Positions 1 through 9,270 of a stretch of 32,000 nucleotides of DNA are shown piece by piece. The first letter of the stretch is position 1; each line of letters begins with the position of its first letter. Below the pieces are notes generated by a model that saw nothing but the letters and a program-made list of their open reading frames with translations, did no database searches and had not been told where the DNA came from. The stretch is from Candidatus Saccharimonadota bacterium (GTDB lineage Bacteria; Patescibacteriota; Saccharimonadia; Saccharimonadales; Saccharimonadaceae). The stretch spans positions 30,001 to 62,000 of the forward strand of contig DIRZ01000001.1 of the NCBI GenBank assembly GCA_002421785.1, written 5' to 3'. A program made the position numbers and the translations under genes.

Positions 1-118
1 GGGAAGTCCCGTCCTATCTTTGTCATTCCCGCCAACGAGTCACGCGAGATCGCTAAGCATGTACTTAGCGCCACAAAAGACGTACAATAACCATCAACAA
101 CGTAAACGGAATCATGCA

Positions 119-1513
119 ATGGCAAACCTGTACTCCTGGATAAATGACCTCGTAGGGAACCATGAAGCGAATAAGCAGGCACGCCTGCACGAACAAAATC
201 TTGGTCGTGCTCGCAAGCATTATGGTAAATTTGGAAGGTTCGTCCGTGTTCTTGGTCCGGGTGTTGTTACCGGCGCAGCAGACGACGACCCAAGCGGCAT
301 TGCGACGTACTCGCAAGCAGGTGCGGCCTACGGATACGGCCTCCTGTGGCTGTTTCCAATCATGTTCCCGCTGCTCCTGGCCGTGCAGGAAAGCTGCGCG
401 CGCATTGGCGCCGTCAGCGGGGACGGACTTGCCGCCATTCTAAAAAAGCATTACAGCAAGAAGATTCTTTACTCAGCAGTGACGCTCGTTGTTGTGGCGA
501 ATACCGTCAACATTGGCGCAAACCTTGCCGCAATGGCGGCAACCACCGAGCTGCTTGTTCCGGGTGCATCGGTGTCTGGGCTGGCGATTATGTTCGCCCT
601 CATCTGTGTCGTCATGCAAATCGCCGTACCCTACAAACAGTATGCGCGCATCCTTAAATGGCTTGCAATCGCGCTGTTCGCCTATCCCGTTACGGCGTTT
701 CTTGTAGGGCAACCATGGGGAGAAGTGTTCGCCAGCACACTCATTCCCGACTTTAGCATCATCAACAAAGACACTATTTACATTATGGTCGGTATCCTCG
801 GCACTACTATTAGCCCCTATTTGTTTTTCTGGAATACAAGCGAAGTCACCGAAGACGAAGTCGAAACGCATCGAATCAAAACATCATCCGGGACGGGCAT
901 ACCACGCATTAGTGCCCGGTTCATTAAAAGCATTCGGATTGACAACCTCGTAGGGATGACGCTCGCAAGTGTCTCTGCCTGGTTTATTGTTATCGCCTGT
1001 GCGTCAGTGCTCCACGCTAATGGCATCACCGAAATCAATAGCGCGCAGGACGCCGCAGCCGCGCTTGAGCCGCTTGTACAAGGATTCCCAAACTCTGGGT
1101 TTATCGCTAAGCTGCTATTTAGTGTTGGTATCGTCGGCATTGGGTTGCTCGCCGTCCCAGTTCTAGCCGGATCTTCAAGCTATGCGGTCAGCGAAGCACT
1201 CGGCCTGAAGGAGGGTTATTACCGTAAATTCAGCAAAGCCAAAGCATTCTACGGCATTATCGCGCTCGCCACCCTGGCTGGTCTTATCGTCAACTTTATC
1301 GGCATCGACCCTATCCAAGCACTCATCTTTACCGCCGTCTTCAACGCAGTCGCGAGTGTACCCTTGCTGTTCATGATTTATAAAGTGGGCAATAACCGGG
1401 ACGTTATGGGTCAGTACAAAAACAATCGATGGAGCAACGTTGGCGTCATGGCCGCATTCATCCTTATGGCCATCGCAACAGTCGTACTTTTCACCTCGCT
1501 CATTCCGCGGTAA
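119..1513 (+). CDS. NRAMP/SLC11-family metal-ion transporter homologue with non-canonical binding-site residues
   Basis: The longest ORF opens at TTG 20; ATG 119 (MANLYSW) is preferred but the start is uncertain. 'LGPGVVTGAADDDPSGIATYSQAGAAYGYGLLW' aligns to the NRAMP TM1 'DPGN' segment. 'LGTTISPYLFFW' aligns to the TM6 'MPH' segment. There are many hydrophobic helices. Confidence 0.85.
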   Translation: MANLYSWINDLVGNHEANKQARLHEQNLGRARKHYGKFGRFVRVLGPGVVTGAADDDPSGIATYSQAGAAYGYGLLWLFPIMFPLLLAVQESCARIGAVSGDGLAAILKKHYSKKILYSAVTLVVVANTVNIGANLAAMAATTELLVPGASVSGLAIMFALICVVMQIAVPYKQYARILKWLAIALFAYPVTAFLVGQPWGEVFASTLIPDFSIINKDTIYIMVGILGTTISPYLFFWNTSEVTEDEVETHRIKTSSGTGIPRISARFIKSIRIDNLVGMTLASVSAWFIVIACASVLHANGITEINSAQDAAAALEPLVQGFPNSGFIAKLLFSVGIVGIGLLAVPVLAGSSSYAVSEALGLKEGYYRKFSKAKAFYGIIALATLAGLIVNFIGIDPIQALIFTAVFNAVASVPLLFMIYKVGNNRDVMGQYKNNRWSNVGVMAAFILMAIATVVLFTSLIPR

Positions 1514-1522
1514 TATAGATAG

Positions 1523-2845
1523 ATGGCCTTTAAACCACTCCCTGTACTCTCCATCACACTTGACCGCATCGTTGGCGGGGGTCAGGCTATCGGCACGCTT
1601 GAAACTGGCAAAAAAGCCTTTGTTTGGAATGGGCTTCCCGGAGAAACCGTTTCGTTCCAAGTCACCAAAAAGAAGTCGCATTTTGTCGAAGGCATCGCCA
1701 CCGAAGTCCAAAACCCCAGCACCGAACGCACCGCACCTGACGACCCCGACAGCTACCTCAGCACAAGTCCGTGGCAAATGATGACCTTTGACGCTGAACA
1801 GCACTATAAAGCCGCGCTCATCGAGGAAGCGTTTGAGCTTCACGATATCGTGCTTCCGGAGACAATCGAAGTATATACTGATGGCCGCACGGCGCACTAC
1901 CGCAACAAAGTTGAATTCAGTTGGTATAGTGACACCGACGCCAGTACTGGTACCGAAACACTAGACCTAGCGTTCTTCCGGCGCGGAAGCAAGGGGAAGA
2001 TAAAGATTACCGAATGTTCATTGCTGCCCGAAAGTATCATGCAAACAGCCTTAAAAGTCCGCGATATCCTACGGACTAAAGGCATTACTGCCCGCAGCCT
2101 TAAAACACTCCTTATTCGCTGCGACCAGCAAGGGAATACCGTCTGGCAGCTCTACGTGAAAGAGAATCTCGCCGATATTATCAGCGCTAGTGAGGCGACA
2201 ACGCTTGGCACTCAGGGTGGCGAAATCATCTATAGCGACCCTCGTAGCCCTGCCAGCCGCATCACGCAACGGCTTACAAAGTTTGGCAATGTCGTCCTAT
2301 GCGACACCGTCCTCGACGTGCCGTTCCGCTACGCAACCGAGGGATTCTTCCAGGTAAATGTCCCAGTTTACGAGCAAGCGCTCCGCGATATGAAGCAATG
2401 GGTGGAAAACAAGCCCGTAATTGACCTGTATAGCGGCGTAGGGAGCATCGGGCTAACCATCGGCGGCGACCATGTCACATTGGTTGAAATTAACGAAGAT
2501 GCCGTTCGCGAAATGAAGCGTAACATTGCCGCACTCGGCAGGGAATCATCGGCGACACCAGTACTCGCAGCAAGCGAAAAAGCCCTCGACTATATTACGA
2601 GTGAGGGCTGCATTATCGTCGATCCACCACGTGCCGGCCTGCATGCAGACGTCATCGCGAAGCTACTCGAGGCTGCACCGCAACGAATTATCTATCTTAG
2701 CTGCAACCCCGTTACCCAGGCGCGCGATATTGCGATGCTTGCCGCGGGCTACGGAATCCGCGCGCACCGTGGGTATAACTTTTTCCCGCGCACCCCACAT
2801 ATTGAGCACCTGATTATTCTTGATAAATTACCTGGCCGCAACTAA
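1523..2845 (+). CDS. TRAM-domain SAM-dependent RNA (uracil-5)-methyltransferase (RumA/RlmD/TrmA family)
   Basis: N-terminal TRAM-like region; 'FFQVN'; SAM-binding motif 'VIDLYSGVGSIGL'; 'DPPRAGL'; catalytic-Cys motif 'YLSCNP'. Confidence 0.85.
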   Translation: MAFKPLPVLSITLDRIVGGGQAIGTLETGKKAFVWNGLPGETVSFQVTKKKSHFVEGIATEVQNPSTERTAPDDPDSYLSTSPWQMMTFDAEQHYKAALIEEAFELHDIVLPETIEVYTDGRTAHYRNKVEFSWYSDTDASTGTETLDLAFFRRGSKGKIKITECSLLPESIMQTALKVRDILRTKGITARSLKTLLIRCDQQGNTVWQLYVKENLADIISASEATTLGTQGGEIIYSDPRSPASRITQRLTKFGNVVLCDTVLDVPFRYATEGFFQVNVPVYEQALRDMKQWVENKPVIDLYSGVGSIGLTIGGDHVTLVEINEDAVREMKRNIAALGRESSATPVLAASEKALDYITSEGCIIVDPPRAGLHADVIAKLLEAAPQRIIYLSCNPVTQARDIAMLAAGYGIRAHRGYNFFPRTPHIEHLIILDKLPGRN

Positions 2846-2854
2846 GTATAAGCG

Positions 2855-2863
2855 TGATATACT
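2855..2863 (+). promoter_or_regulatory. Extended -10 element TGaTATACT, 6 nt upstream of ATG 2870 (leaderless-type)
   Basis: Sequence gcgTGaTATACTaaaaacATG read directly. Confidence 0.45.
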
Positions 2864-2869
2864 AAAAAC

Positions 2870-3292
2870 ATGAAGCGCTCTTCAGGGTTTACTATTGTTG
2901 AACTGGCCGTCGTTATTGTTGTACTTGCTATCCTTGTTACTGTTACTGTCGTCTCTTTCGGACGGGTTCAGTCTGACGCGCGCAATACGTCATCCGACGC
3001 CAAGGGAGTTGCGATTGCCGAAGGACTGGAACGTTACTACGAAACAAATGGCGAATACCCTAGCTGTGCGCTTGTGACACAAGCAAATACGGCCACTGTC
3101 ACATCTACCGTCTTAAAGGGGCTCGACCCAAACACGCTCACGCGGGCAGGGGCAACATCTGGAACGAACTCCATTGACTGCAACGCACCGGGCGCGACAA
3201 ACTTTGCCTATAGCGGAAATTCAAGCGGTTACACCCTTAGTTACCGCGAAGAAAGAACTGGACAAATTGTAACATTCACAAGCAGGCACTAA
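2870..3292 (+). CDS. Type IV pilin / pseudopilin with prepilin N-terminal cleavage-methylation motif
   Basis: 'MKRSSG|FTIVELAVVIVVLAILVTVTVVSF' is a classic G/FT(I/L)(V/I)E class III signal plus hydrophobic helix. Two Cys in the C-terminal half suggest a D-region-like disulfide. The ORF ends at TAA 3290-3292. Confidence 0.9.
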   Translation: MKRSSGFTIVELAVVIVVLAILVTVTVVSFGRVQSDARNTSSDAKGVAIAEGLERYYETNGEYPSCALVTQANTATVTSTVLKGLDPNTLTRAGATSGTNSIDCNAPGATNFAYSGNSSGYTLSYREERTGQIVTFTSRH

Positions 3293-3514
3293 GCCGCAGT
3301 CGAGACAACCGCCAAACCGACCATTGCTGTCGCATTCAGCGGAGGGAACGTCGTTGCTACCGCCAGTACCACGACCACCTGCACAAACAGCCAGACGCTT
3401 TATTCATTCAAACACAAACTAAACAACAATGCCTGGACAAGTTATGGCGCCGCCTCTACTTCTAATACAGCATCACAGCCAGCCACACCAGGCTATCAGT
3501 ATGCCTACCAGGTA

Positions 3515-4204
3515 ATGGCCCAGTGCTCAGCCAGCCCCACCATAGCTGAAAGTGATATTTCGAGCACAATCATCTACCCAGTTCCGACACCTGCTGCGCC
3601 TTCGCTCACGGTCAACATTTCTGGGTCAAACGTAGTAGCTGCACTAGCAGCGCCATCCTGCCCAGCCGGCACCACCCCGCAAAATAGCATCCAATGGATC
3701 GATACCGCCACCAACGCTGGGGGATCTTGGAATTCATGGGCTCCATGGAATCCATCATCAACCTTTAACAACAGTCACGCTATCAACCAAGGCGCTCGTT
3801 CAACTTACCGTGGCCAAGCTTATTGCGATGGTCTGTTCGCCGACAGCGCTACCGTTCAAACGGCGACCGTATCTGCGATACGTCCCATCGCTACCCCCGC
3901 AACACCTGTATGGAATTCGCAGTACAACTATTTCTATAGCTGCGACGGCGGCTGCTGGCGCAATAATGTCAGCTTCACCACGGCATGCCCCGCAGGTACA
4001 TGGCTAAATAGTACGAGCTTCGATTCGCATCCTGAATGGAAACCAGCTGAAACGTGGTGGCACCCTTGGGTCTATTCTGATTGGTGGTATACCGGCAGCG
4101 CCTCAAACCAGTATGTTTCCTACTATGCTCGCTACACGTGTGCAACAGACTTTGCTTCGGCAACATCTGCGGATGGATATTACAGAGTGGTCGTTTACCC
4201 ATAG
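3515..4204 (+). CDS. Cys/Trp/Tyr-rich tandem-domain surface protein; the frame is open back to 3293 and in-frame with the pilin ORF
   Basis: ATG 3515 is the first start codon. Codons 3293-3514 contain no stop and no ATG/GTG/TTG, and they encode a module homologous to the one after 3515. There is no signal peptide after M3515. Confidence 0.55.
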   Translation: MAQCSASPTIAESDISSTIIYPVPTPAAPSLTVNISGSNVVAALAAPSCPAGTTPQNSIQWIDTATNAGGSWNSWAPWNPSSTFNNSHAINQGARSTYRGQAYCDGLFADSATVQTATVSAIRPIATPATPVWNSQYNYFYSCDGGCWRNNVSFTTACPAGTWLNSTSFDSHPEWKPAETWWHPWVYSDWWYTGSASNQYVSYYARYTCATDFASATSADGYYRVVVYP

Positions 4205-4211
4205 GAAAATT

Positions 4212-5105
4212 ATGAGCAATATACCAATACAAGAACCCCACCCCCTGCGCCGCGTCCTCAAGTACATGGGTGTCGCTGTCGTCGCCTGCTTATTTATCGC
4301 AGGCACCGCACTGCTCGTTGTCTGGGCGCTCAAAACCATTACTTCGAAGTCAGCCCAAAGCACCGATTCGCTTAAAGTAGCAACGCCTGTTAAACAGGTA
4401 TTTGCCTCGCTTGTGTCTAAAGATGCGGTTGCTAGCCTTGGCAGCGATAAATATACTACGCGGCCAATGGCGTCGAGCGACATTTACTATAAAGACGGTT
4501 CGCATCCATATGGAGTCAGCGTGAGCACTGATTTCACGCAGCTCTACGAGCCGATAACACCGAGCACTAGCGACGATACCACAGCAGTAAATGCCGATGT
4601 TGAGCGGCTACTCGCTCAATATGATATGACTGCGGTAGATTCGCCAAAACCGCCCAGCAAAAGTATTTCGTATAAATCGTTCGCAAATACAACCATCATT
4701 TGCCAAATTCGCACAACCACACCCGCAGCAGAATCAGGCTTACCCCGACTGCACCAACTAAGCTGTGTCGACAAAACAGATATTTCTGACAGATACGCAC
4801 GAATCGAAGCCTTACTTTCCGTTTATGCCACTTCCGCCGGAACCCTTAAGCCTGAGCTCGTTAGTTATACTGAGGAATCAGAGAATGACGTGAGCTACAC
4901 GCTACTTGCCATCACCACCGACACTTCTACGAAGAATCTATTATTTGCGAAGGTGGGCAAAACGACAGAATTCCTCGCCGATCTTGCCGAGGGCGACCAG
5001 TCATTCAACAACGGCAAGTACAATATCACCCCCGAAGTCAAACGCAAAATTAGCGATCCCAAATATAACGGCTTTCTACTTCGGCAAATTGCCGGCATTC
5101 AGTGA
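4212..5105 (+). CDS. Membrane-anchored hypothetical protein (single N-terminal TM, Ser/Thr-rich extracytoplasmic part)
   Basis: ATG 4212 is preceded by AGGAAAA. 'VLKYMGVAVVACLFIAGTALLVVWAL' is a TM anchor. The longer ORF from 4113 would overlap the upstream gene. Confidence 0.7.
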   Translation: MSNIPIQEPHPLRRVLKYMGVAVVACLFIAGTALLVVWALKTITSKSAQSTDSLKVATPVKQVFASLVSKDAVASLGSDKYTTRPMASSDIYYKDGSHPYGVSVSTDFTQLYEPITPSTSDDTTAVNADVERLLAQYDMTAVDSPKPPSKSISYKSFANTTIICQIRTTTPAAESGLPRLHQLSCVDKTDISDRYARIEALLSVYATSAGTLKPELVSYTEESENDVSYTLLAITTDTSTKNLLFAKVGKTTEFLADLAEGDQSFNNGKYNITPEVKRKISDPKYNGFLLRQIAGIQ

Positions 5106-5114
5106 CGGCTGATT

Positions 5115-5606
5115 CTAGCTGGTCTTAATACGACGATAAGCAAACTTAGCCGCAACGCGCCATCCACTGCGCGAATCAGTGTCTGCCCGGTAAAGAACCC
5201 CGCCCTGAACTTCGCTCACCGCAAGGAGTGCGGGAGTGTAGGGCGCAAGAGTGCGATAGAACACAATGTCACTATCATGAATATCTTTACGACCAGGGAA
5301 TACGGCGCTAAACTTTTGCCGACCAATCTCATCAAAATAATGCGGTCGACCCTTGGGGGTAAAGTACGTTTCAACTTTAATTCCCATACGGCTCGCTATT
5401 TTTTTCACATCACCAAGCACAAGCTTTGCTTGGCCGTCAATGTAGCAGTAAAGCTGCTTCTTCTTCGTCAAAAATACGGTCGCTCGAGCGGAGTGACCGA
5501 CGTCTACACTACGGAGAATTACCGTATCAACTTCAAGCACCACCCCAAATGTGTCTTTGCACGATCGCTCAAGTGCAAAGTCGTCATAGATGTCACCTGT
5601 ATTCAT
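5115..5606 (-). CDS. Hypothetical protein (163 aa)
   Basis: ATG 5606 (MNTGDIYDD) lies 6 nt after TGgTATAAT. The TTG 5624 alternative would put that -10 box inside the ORF. No motif recognised. Confidence 0.7.
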   Translation of the reverse strand: MNTGDIYDDFALERSCKDTFGVVLEVDTVILRSVDVGHSARATVFLTKKKQLYCYIDGQAKLVLGDVKKIASRMGIKVETYFTPKGRPHYFDEIGRQKFSAVFPGRKDIHDSDIVFYRTLAPYTPALLAVSEVQGGVLYRADTDSRSGWRVAAKFAYRRIKTS

Positions 5607-5612
5607 AGGTAA

Positions 5613-5650
5613 ATTATACCACAATTTTATGAAATGCGCTGGGGTACAAT
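5613..5650. promoter_or_regulatory. Back-to-back divergent -10 elements (TGgTATAAT for 5606 minus; TACAAT for 5657 plus)
   Basis: Each hexamer sits exactly 6 nt from its ATG. Confidence 0.45.
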
Positions 5651-5656
5651 AGGGTA

Positions 5657-8600
5657 ATGAGCATGTTTGAAACTCGGTACAAAAAACTCAACACAGCGCA
5701 GCGCAGTGCTGTTGATACTATCGACGGACCGCTGCTGGTGATTGCCGGCCCTGGAACCGGCAAGACCGAGCTTCTCAGTATGCGAGCAGCGAATATACTG
5801 CAAAAAACGGATACGCTGCCTCAAAATATCCTCTGTCTTACCTTTACTGATAGCGGAGCCAACGCCATGCGAGAACGACTGGCCACTATCATTGGGCCCG
5901 ACGCTTACAAGGTCGCTATTCATACATTCCACAGTTTTGGCACGGAAATCATTAATCAAAATAACCATTATTTTTACCATGGCGCCGAATTTGCCGCCGC
6001 AGACGAACTAAGCAGCTACGAGCTGCTCAATGGCATATTTGACGAGCTCGATTATACCAATCCGCTAGCCGGCAAACTAAACGGTGAGTATACCCATTTA
6101 TCCGACGCTATGCGTATCATCAGCGAACTAAAGCAGGCAGGTTTATCAAGCGACGAGCTCCTTGCGCTCATCGCCGCCAACGAATCGACGCTGAACAGCA
6201 TCGAGCCAGACATCAGTACTATTTTCGCAAGCAAAATTAATCAGTCAATGCTCGCACAGCTCGCCCCGCTGGCAGAAAAAGTCGCCAAGCAACCCCAGCC
6301 CAACCTACCCCCAGCAATCACTCCACTTGCCAACGTACTCGCACTCAGCATGGCTCACATGTTCGACGAAGCCGTGCGCTTAAATAAAACCACGCCAATC
6401 ACGGCCTGGCGTAATGCATGGTGCGAAAAGAATAGCGAGGGAGTGTTTGTATTTAAAGACCGCAAACGTCACGCAAAGCTCCGCGCAATGAGCCACATAT
6501 ACTTTACTTATCTGTCACGCATGGAACAGTCCAGCCTTTATGACTACGACGATATGATTCTAAATGTCGTGCATGGCATGGAAACGCAACCCGACCTCAA
6601 ATTCAATTTACAAGAAAAATACCACTACATTATGGTCGACGAATTCCAGGATACGAACCTCGCACAGCTGCGTATTCTTTTTGGTCTGACCGACAACCCA
6701 GCAAACGAAGGAGCACCCAACGTCATGGCGGTCGGGGACGACGACCAGGCGATTTATAGCTTCCAGGGTGCAGACATCAACAACATCCACCGTTTTCGCG
6801 AGCAATATCCAACAGCCGCACTTATTACGTTAAAAGATAATTACCGCTCTACGCAGACAGTCATCGATCATGCACGCGAGGTAATTACCCAAGGCGAAAA
6901 CCGACTCGAAACCACAATGGAGCAGCTCGACAAATCGCTCGCTGCACACTTAGCTGCCGACGAAACCAGCGTGAGCTTACATGAACTACCAACCGCTAAT
7001 GATGAGCGCGCATGGGTAGCCGCATCTATCGCGGCGCGGCTAGAATCAGGGCAGGATCCCGCCTCCATCACCATCATCGCGCGTCAACACAACGAACTTA
7101 TCGAGCTATTGCCATACTTATACCATCACGATATTGCCGTCAACTATGAACGACGCGACAATGTACTAGACATCCCTGTCATTCAAGTTATCGAGCTCAT
7201 TGCGCACATTGCCGTGTCGCTCCACGAACGACGCCTCGACGAAGCCGATAGTTTATTGCCGCAGCTTTTGGCCCACCCTGCATTCGCACACAGCCCAGAG
7301 CTCGTATGGCGCACCAGCCTTACCAGCTACCGCAACCATCTCACATGGATGGAAGTCATGGCAACAACACCTGCGCTTGCCCCACTCCATGCATGGCTCA
7401 TCGACCTTGCGAGCAAAGTGCCAAACGAACCAATTGAAACCATCATCGACACTATCATTGGCGTCCCAACCGAAACTAATGACGAGCAGGCCAGCGCATA
7501 TGTTTCGCCACTCTATGAGTACTACTTCGGCGCACAAGTGCTCGAAGCAACACCAGATGCGTATCTCGTCACCCTCGAAGCCCTACGGACTATCCGTAGC
7601 AAACTGCGTGACTACCACCCCGGTGATTCACTTCATATTACAGACTTCCTGGAATTCGTCCGCATGCATCGCCAACTTGGCAGCACCCTCACGAGCACAC
7701 GCCGAAGCAGCGACCGCGCCGTCGGCTCCATCAATCTCATGACCGCCCACAAGTCGAAGGGGCTCGAGTTTGCAACTGTATATATCGTTGGTGCCGTCGA
7801 CACCAAATGGGGGGAGCGGGTGCGTAGCCGTAGTCGACTGATTTCGTACCCAGAAAACCTACCTATTAGTCCTGCTGGCAGCACCTACGACGAACGCCTG
7901 CGACTCTTTTTTGTCGCGATGACACGGGCCAAGGTGGATTTGATTATTAGCTACGCCGACTCTGCCGACAATGGGCGCAGCAGCCTCGCCGCCAGCTTCC
8001 TGACCGGTACTACCCTTAAGGTCCAAGCTGTTGCGTCGCAGGCCTCTTTAGCAGACGAAACCAAGCAAGCAGAATTAGCATGGCACGATACGCTGACGAG
8101 GCAGCCAACCCGCACCATGCGTGAGCTGCTCGCACCGCAGTTGGAAACGTACAAGCTATCAAGCACACACCTGAACAACTTCATCGACATCACCCGAGGT
8201 GGTCCAGTGACATTCCTCATGAACAATTTGCTCCGTTTTCCCCAAGCCAAAAGCCCCAGTGCAAGCTACGGAACAGCGGTTCACCGTGCTCTGCAGCGCG
8301 CACACAACCACCTCGTCGCAACGGGTGACAAGCGACCGATCGAAGATGTACTGGGGGACTTCGAGCGCGAACTGCGCGATCAGCACCTCTCTGAAGACGA
8401 CTATAGAGTATACAGTAAAAAGGGTGTCGATAGCCTCGGCGCCTTCTTGCACGCCAACTATGCCACGTTCACCCCGACACAAAAAACAGAGCTTAGTTTT
8501 GCCAACCAAGGCGTAGTCGTAGACGGCGCCCGGCTCACCGGTTCGCTTGACCTCGTAGACATAGATAATAACCACATTGTAGTGACAGATTATAAAACTG

Positions 8601-8947
8601 GCAAGCCAAGCAAGAGCTGGAAGGGCAATGCCGACTATGAAAAAGTGAAACTACACAAATACAAGCAGCAGCTGATGTTCTACCAACTGCTCGTCGAAAA
8701 CTCACGTGACTATCACAAGTACGAATACGGTGGTGGTATACTGCAGTTTGTCGAACCTGACCAAGCCGGGCACATCCATGCCCTTGAAACGACTATTACC
8801 GCCGACGAGCTGGCTCGCTTTAGGCAACTCCTCGCCGCTGTATGGCACTGCATTACGACGCTCGACCTACCTAATATCGACGACTTCGATAAATCATACA
8901 AGGGTGTGCTCGAATTCGAACAACACCTTATTGACAAATATGCCTAA
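5657..8947 (+). CDS. UvrD/PcrA/AddA-like superfamily 1 helicase fused to a C-terminal PD-(D/E)XK (RecB-type) nuclease
   Basis: Helicase motifs: 'AGPGTGKT' (Walker A), 'VDEFQDTN' (motif II), 'NYRST', 'TAHKSKGLEF', 'VAMTRAK'. C-terminal nuclease motifs: 'LDLVDID..VVTDYKTGK' and 'QQLMFYQLL'. Confidence 0.9.
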   Translation: MSMFETRYKKLNTAQRSAVDTIDGPLLVIAGPGTGKTELLSMRAANILQKTDTLPQNILCLTFTDSGANAMRERLATIIGPDAYKVAIHTFHSFGTEIINQNNHYFYHGAEFAAADELSSYELLNGIFDELDYTNPLAGKLNGEYTHLSDAMRIISELKQAGLSSDELLALIAANESTLNSIEPDISTIFASKINQSMLAQLAPLAEKVAKQPQPNLPPAITPLANVLALSMAHMFDEAVRLNKTTPITAWRNAWCEKNSEGVFVFKDRKRHAKLRAMSHIYFTYLSRMEQSSLYDYDDMILNVVHGMETQPDLKFNLQEKYHYIMVDEFQDTNLAQLRILFGLTDNPANEGAPNVMAVGDDDQAIYSFQGADINNIHRFREQYPTAALITLKDNYRSTQTVIDHAREVITQGENRLETTMEQLDKSLAAHLAADETSVSLHELPTANDERAWVAASIAARLESGQDPASITIIARQHNELIELLPYLYHHDIAVNYERRDNVLDIPVIQVIELIAHIAVSLHERRLDEADSLLPQLLAHPAFAHSPELVWRTSLTSYRNHLTWMEVMATTPALAPLHAWLIDLASKVPNEPIETIIDTIIGVPTETNDEQASAYVSPLYEYYFGAQVLEATPDAYLVTLEALRTIRSKLRDYHPGDSLHITDFLEFVRMHRQLGSTLTSTRRSSDRAVGSINLMTAHKSKGLEFATVYIVGAVDTKWGERVRSRSRLISYPENLPISPAGSTYDERLRLFFVAMTRAKVDLIISYADSADNGRSSLAASFLTGTTLKVQAVASQASLADETKQAELAWHDTLTRQPTRTMRELLAPQLETYKLSSTHLNNFIDITRGGPVTFLMNNLLRFPQAKSPSASYGTAVHRALQRAHNHLVATGDKRPIEDVLGDFERELRDQHLSEDDYRVYSKKGVDSLGAFLHANYATFTPTQKTELSFANQGVVVDGARLTGSLDLVDIDNNHIVVTDYKTGKPSKSWKGNADYEKVKLHKYKQQLMFYQLLVENSRDYHKYEYGGGILQFVEPDQAGHIHALETTITADELARFRQLLAAVWHCITTLDLPNIDDFDKSYKGVLEFEQHLIDKYA

Positions 8948-9004
8948 ATAACTTAAAGTATTTTCTACACAGTCACACAAGGTGATTCGTAAAGGAAGGT
9001 CGTT

Positions 9005-9160
9005 ATGGCCAACAAGGATGACTACGAACGTGCGGCAAATGCCGTGCAGTCCGGCAACCCGACACGCGATCAGCGCGAGCTGAACGACAAGATGGCGAAG
9101 CAGTCGGGCAGCGCCGGAAACGACGCTCGCGCCGCCCAGAAGGGCGAAAAGAAGTGGTAG
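9005..9160 (+). CDS. Small hydrophilic protein (51 aa), GC3-rich
   Basis: Below the 60-aa track cutoff. AAGGAAGG, a 5-nt spacer, ATG 9005, TAG 9158-9160. Sequence: MANKDDYERAANAVQSGNPTRDQRELNDKMAKQSGSAGNDARAAQKGEKKW. Confidence 0.5.
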   Translation: MANKDDYERAANAVQSGNPTRDQRELNDKMAKQSGSAGNDARAAQKGEKKW

Positions 9161-9270
9161 TCGAGTAGTAGCACGTGGGGATGGATGAAAGAAGTCACCG
9201 GCCTGCAAAGCCGGAGAGCCTGGTGCAATACCGGACCCCACTCCAACACACGCGGCATAGCCGCACCCCA

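Noticed and set aside
1175-1897. 240-aa minus-strand ORF spanning the junction of the NRAMP-like and methyltransferase genes
   Set aside because: It is antisense to two genes with clear family motifs, has no motif of its own, and crosses their intergenic gap. It is a shadow ORF.
3290-3292. TAA reassigned as a sense codon (alternative genetic code) to explain the pilin read-through
   Set aside because: TAA clearly terminates atpG, atpE, atpB and the NRAMP-like gene at positions matching normal protein C-termini. TGA and TAG also act as stops. Genome-wide recoding is therefore not supported; only local read-through or mutation remains possible.
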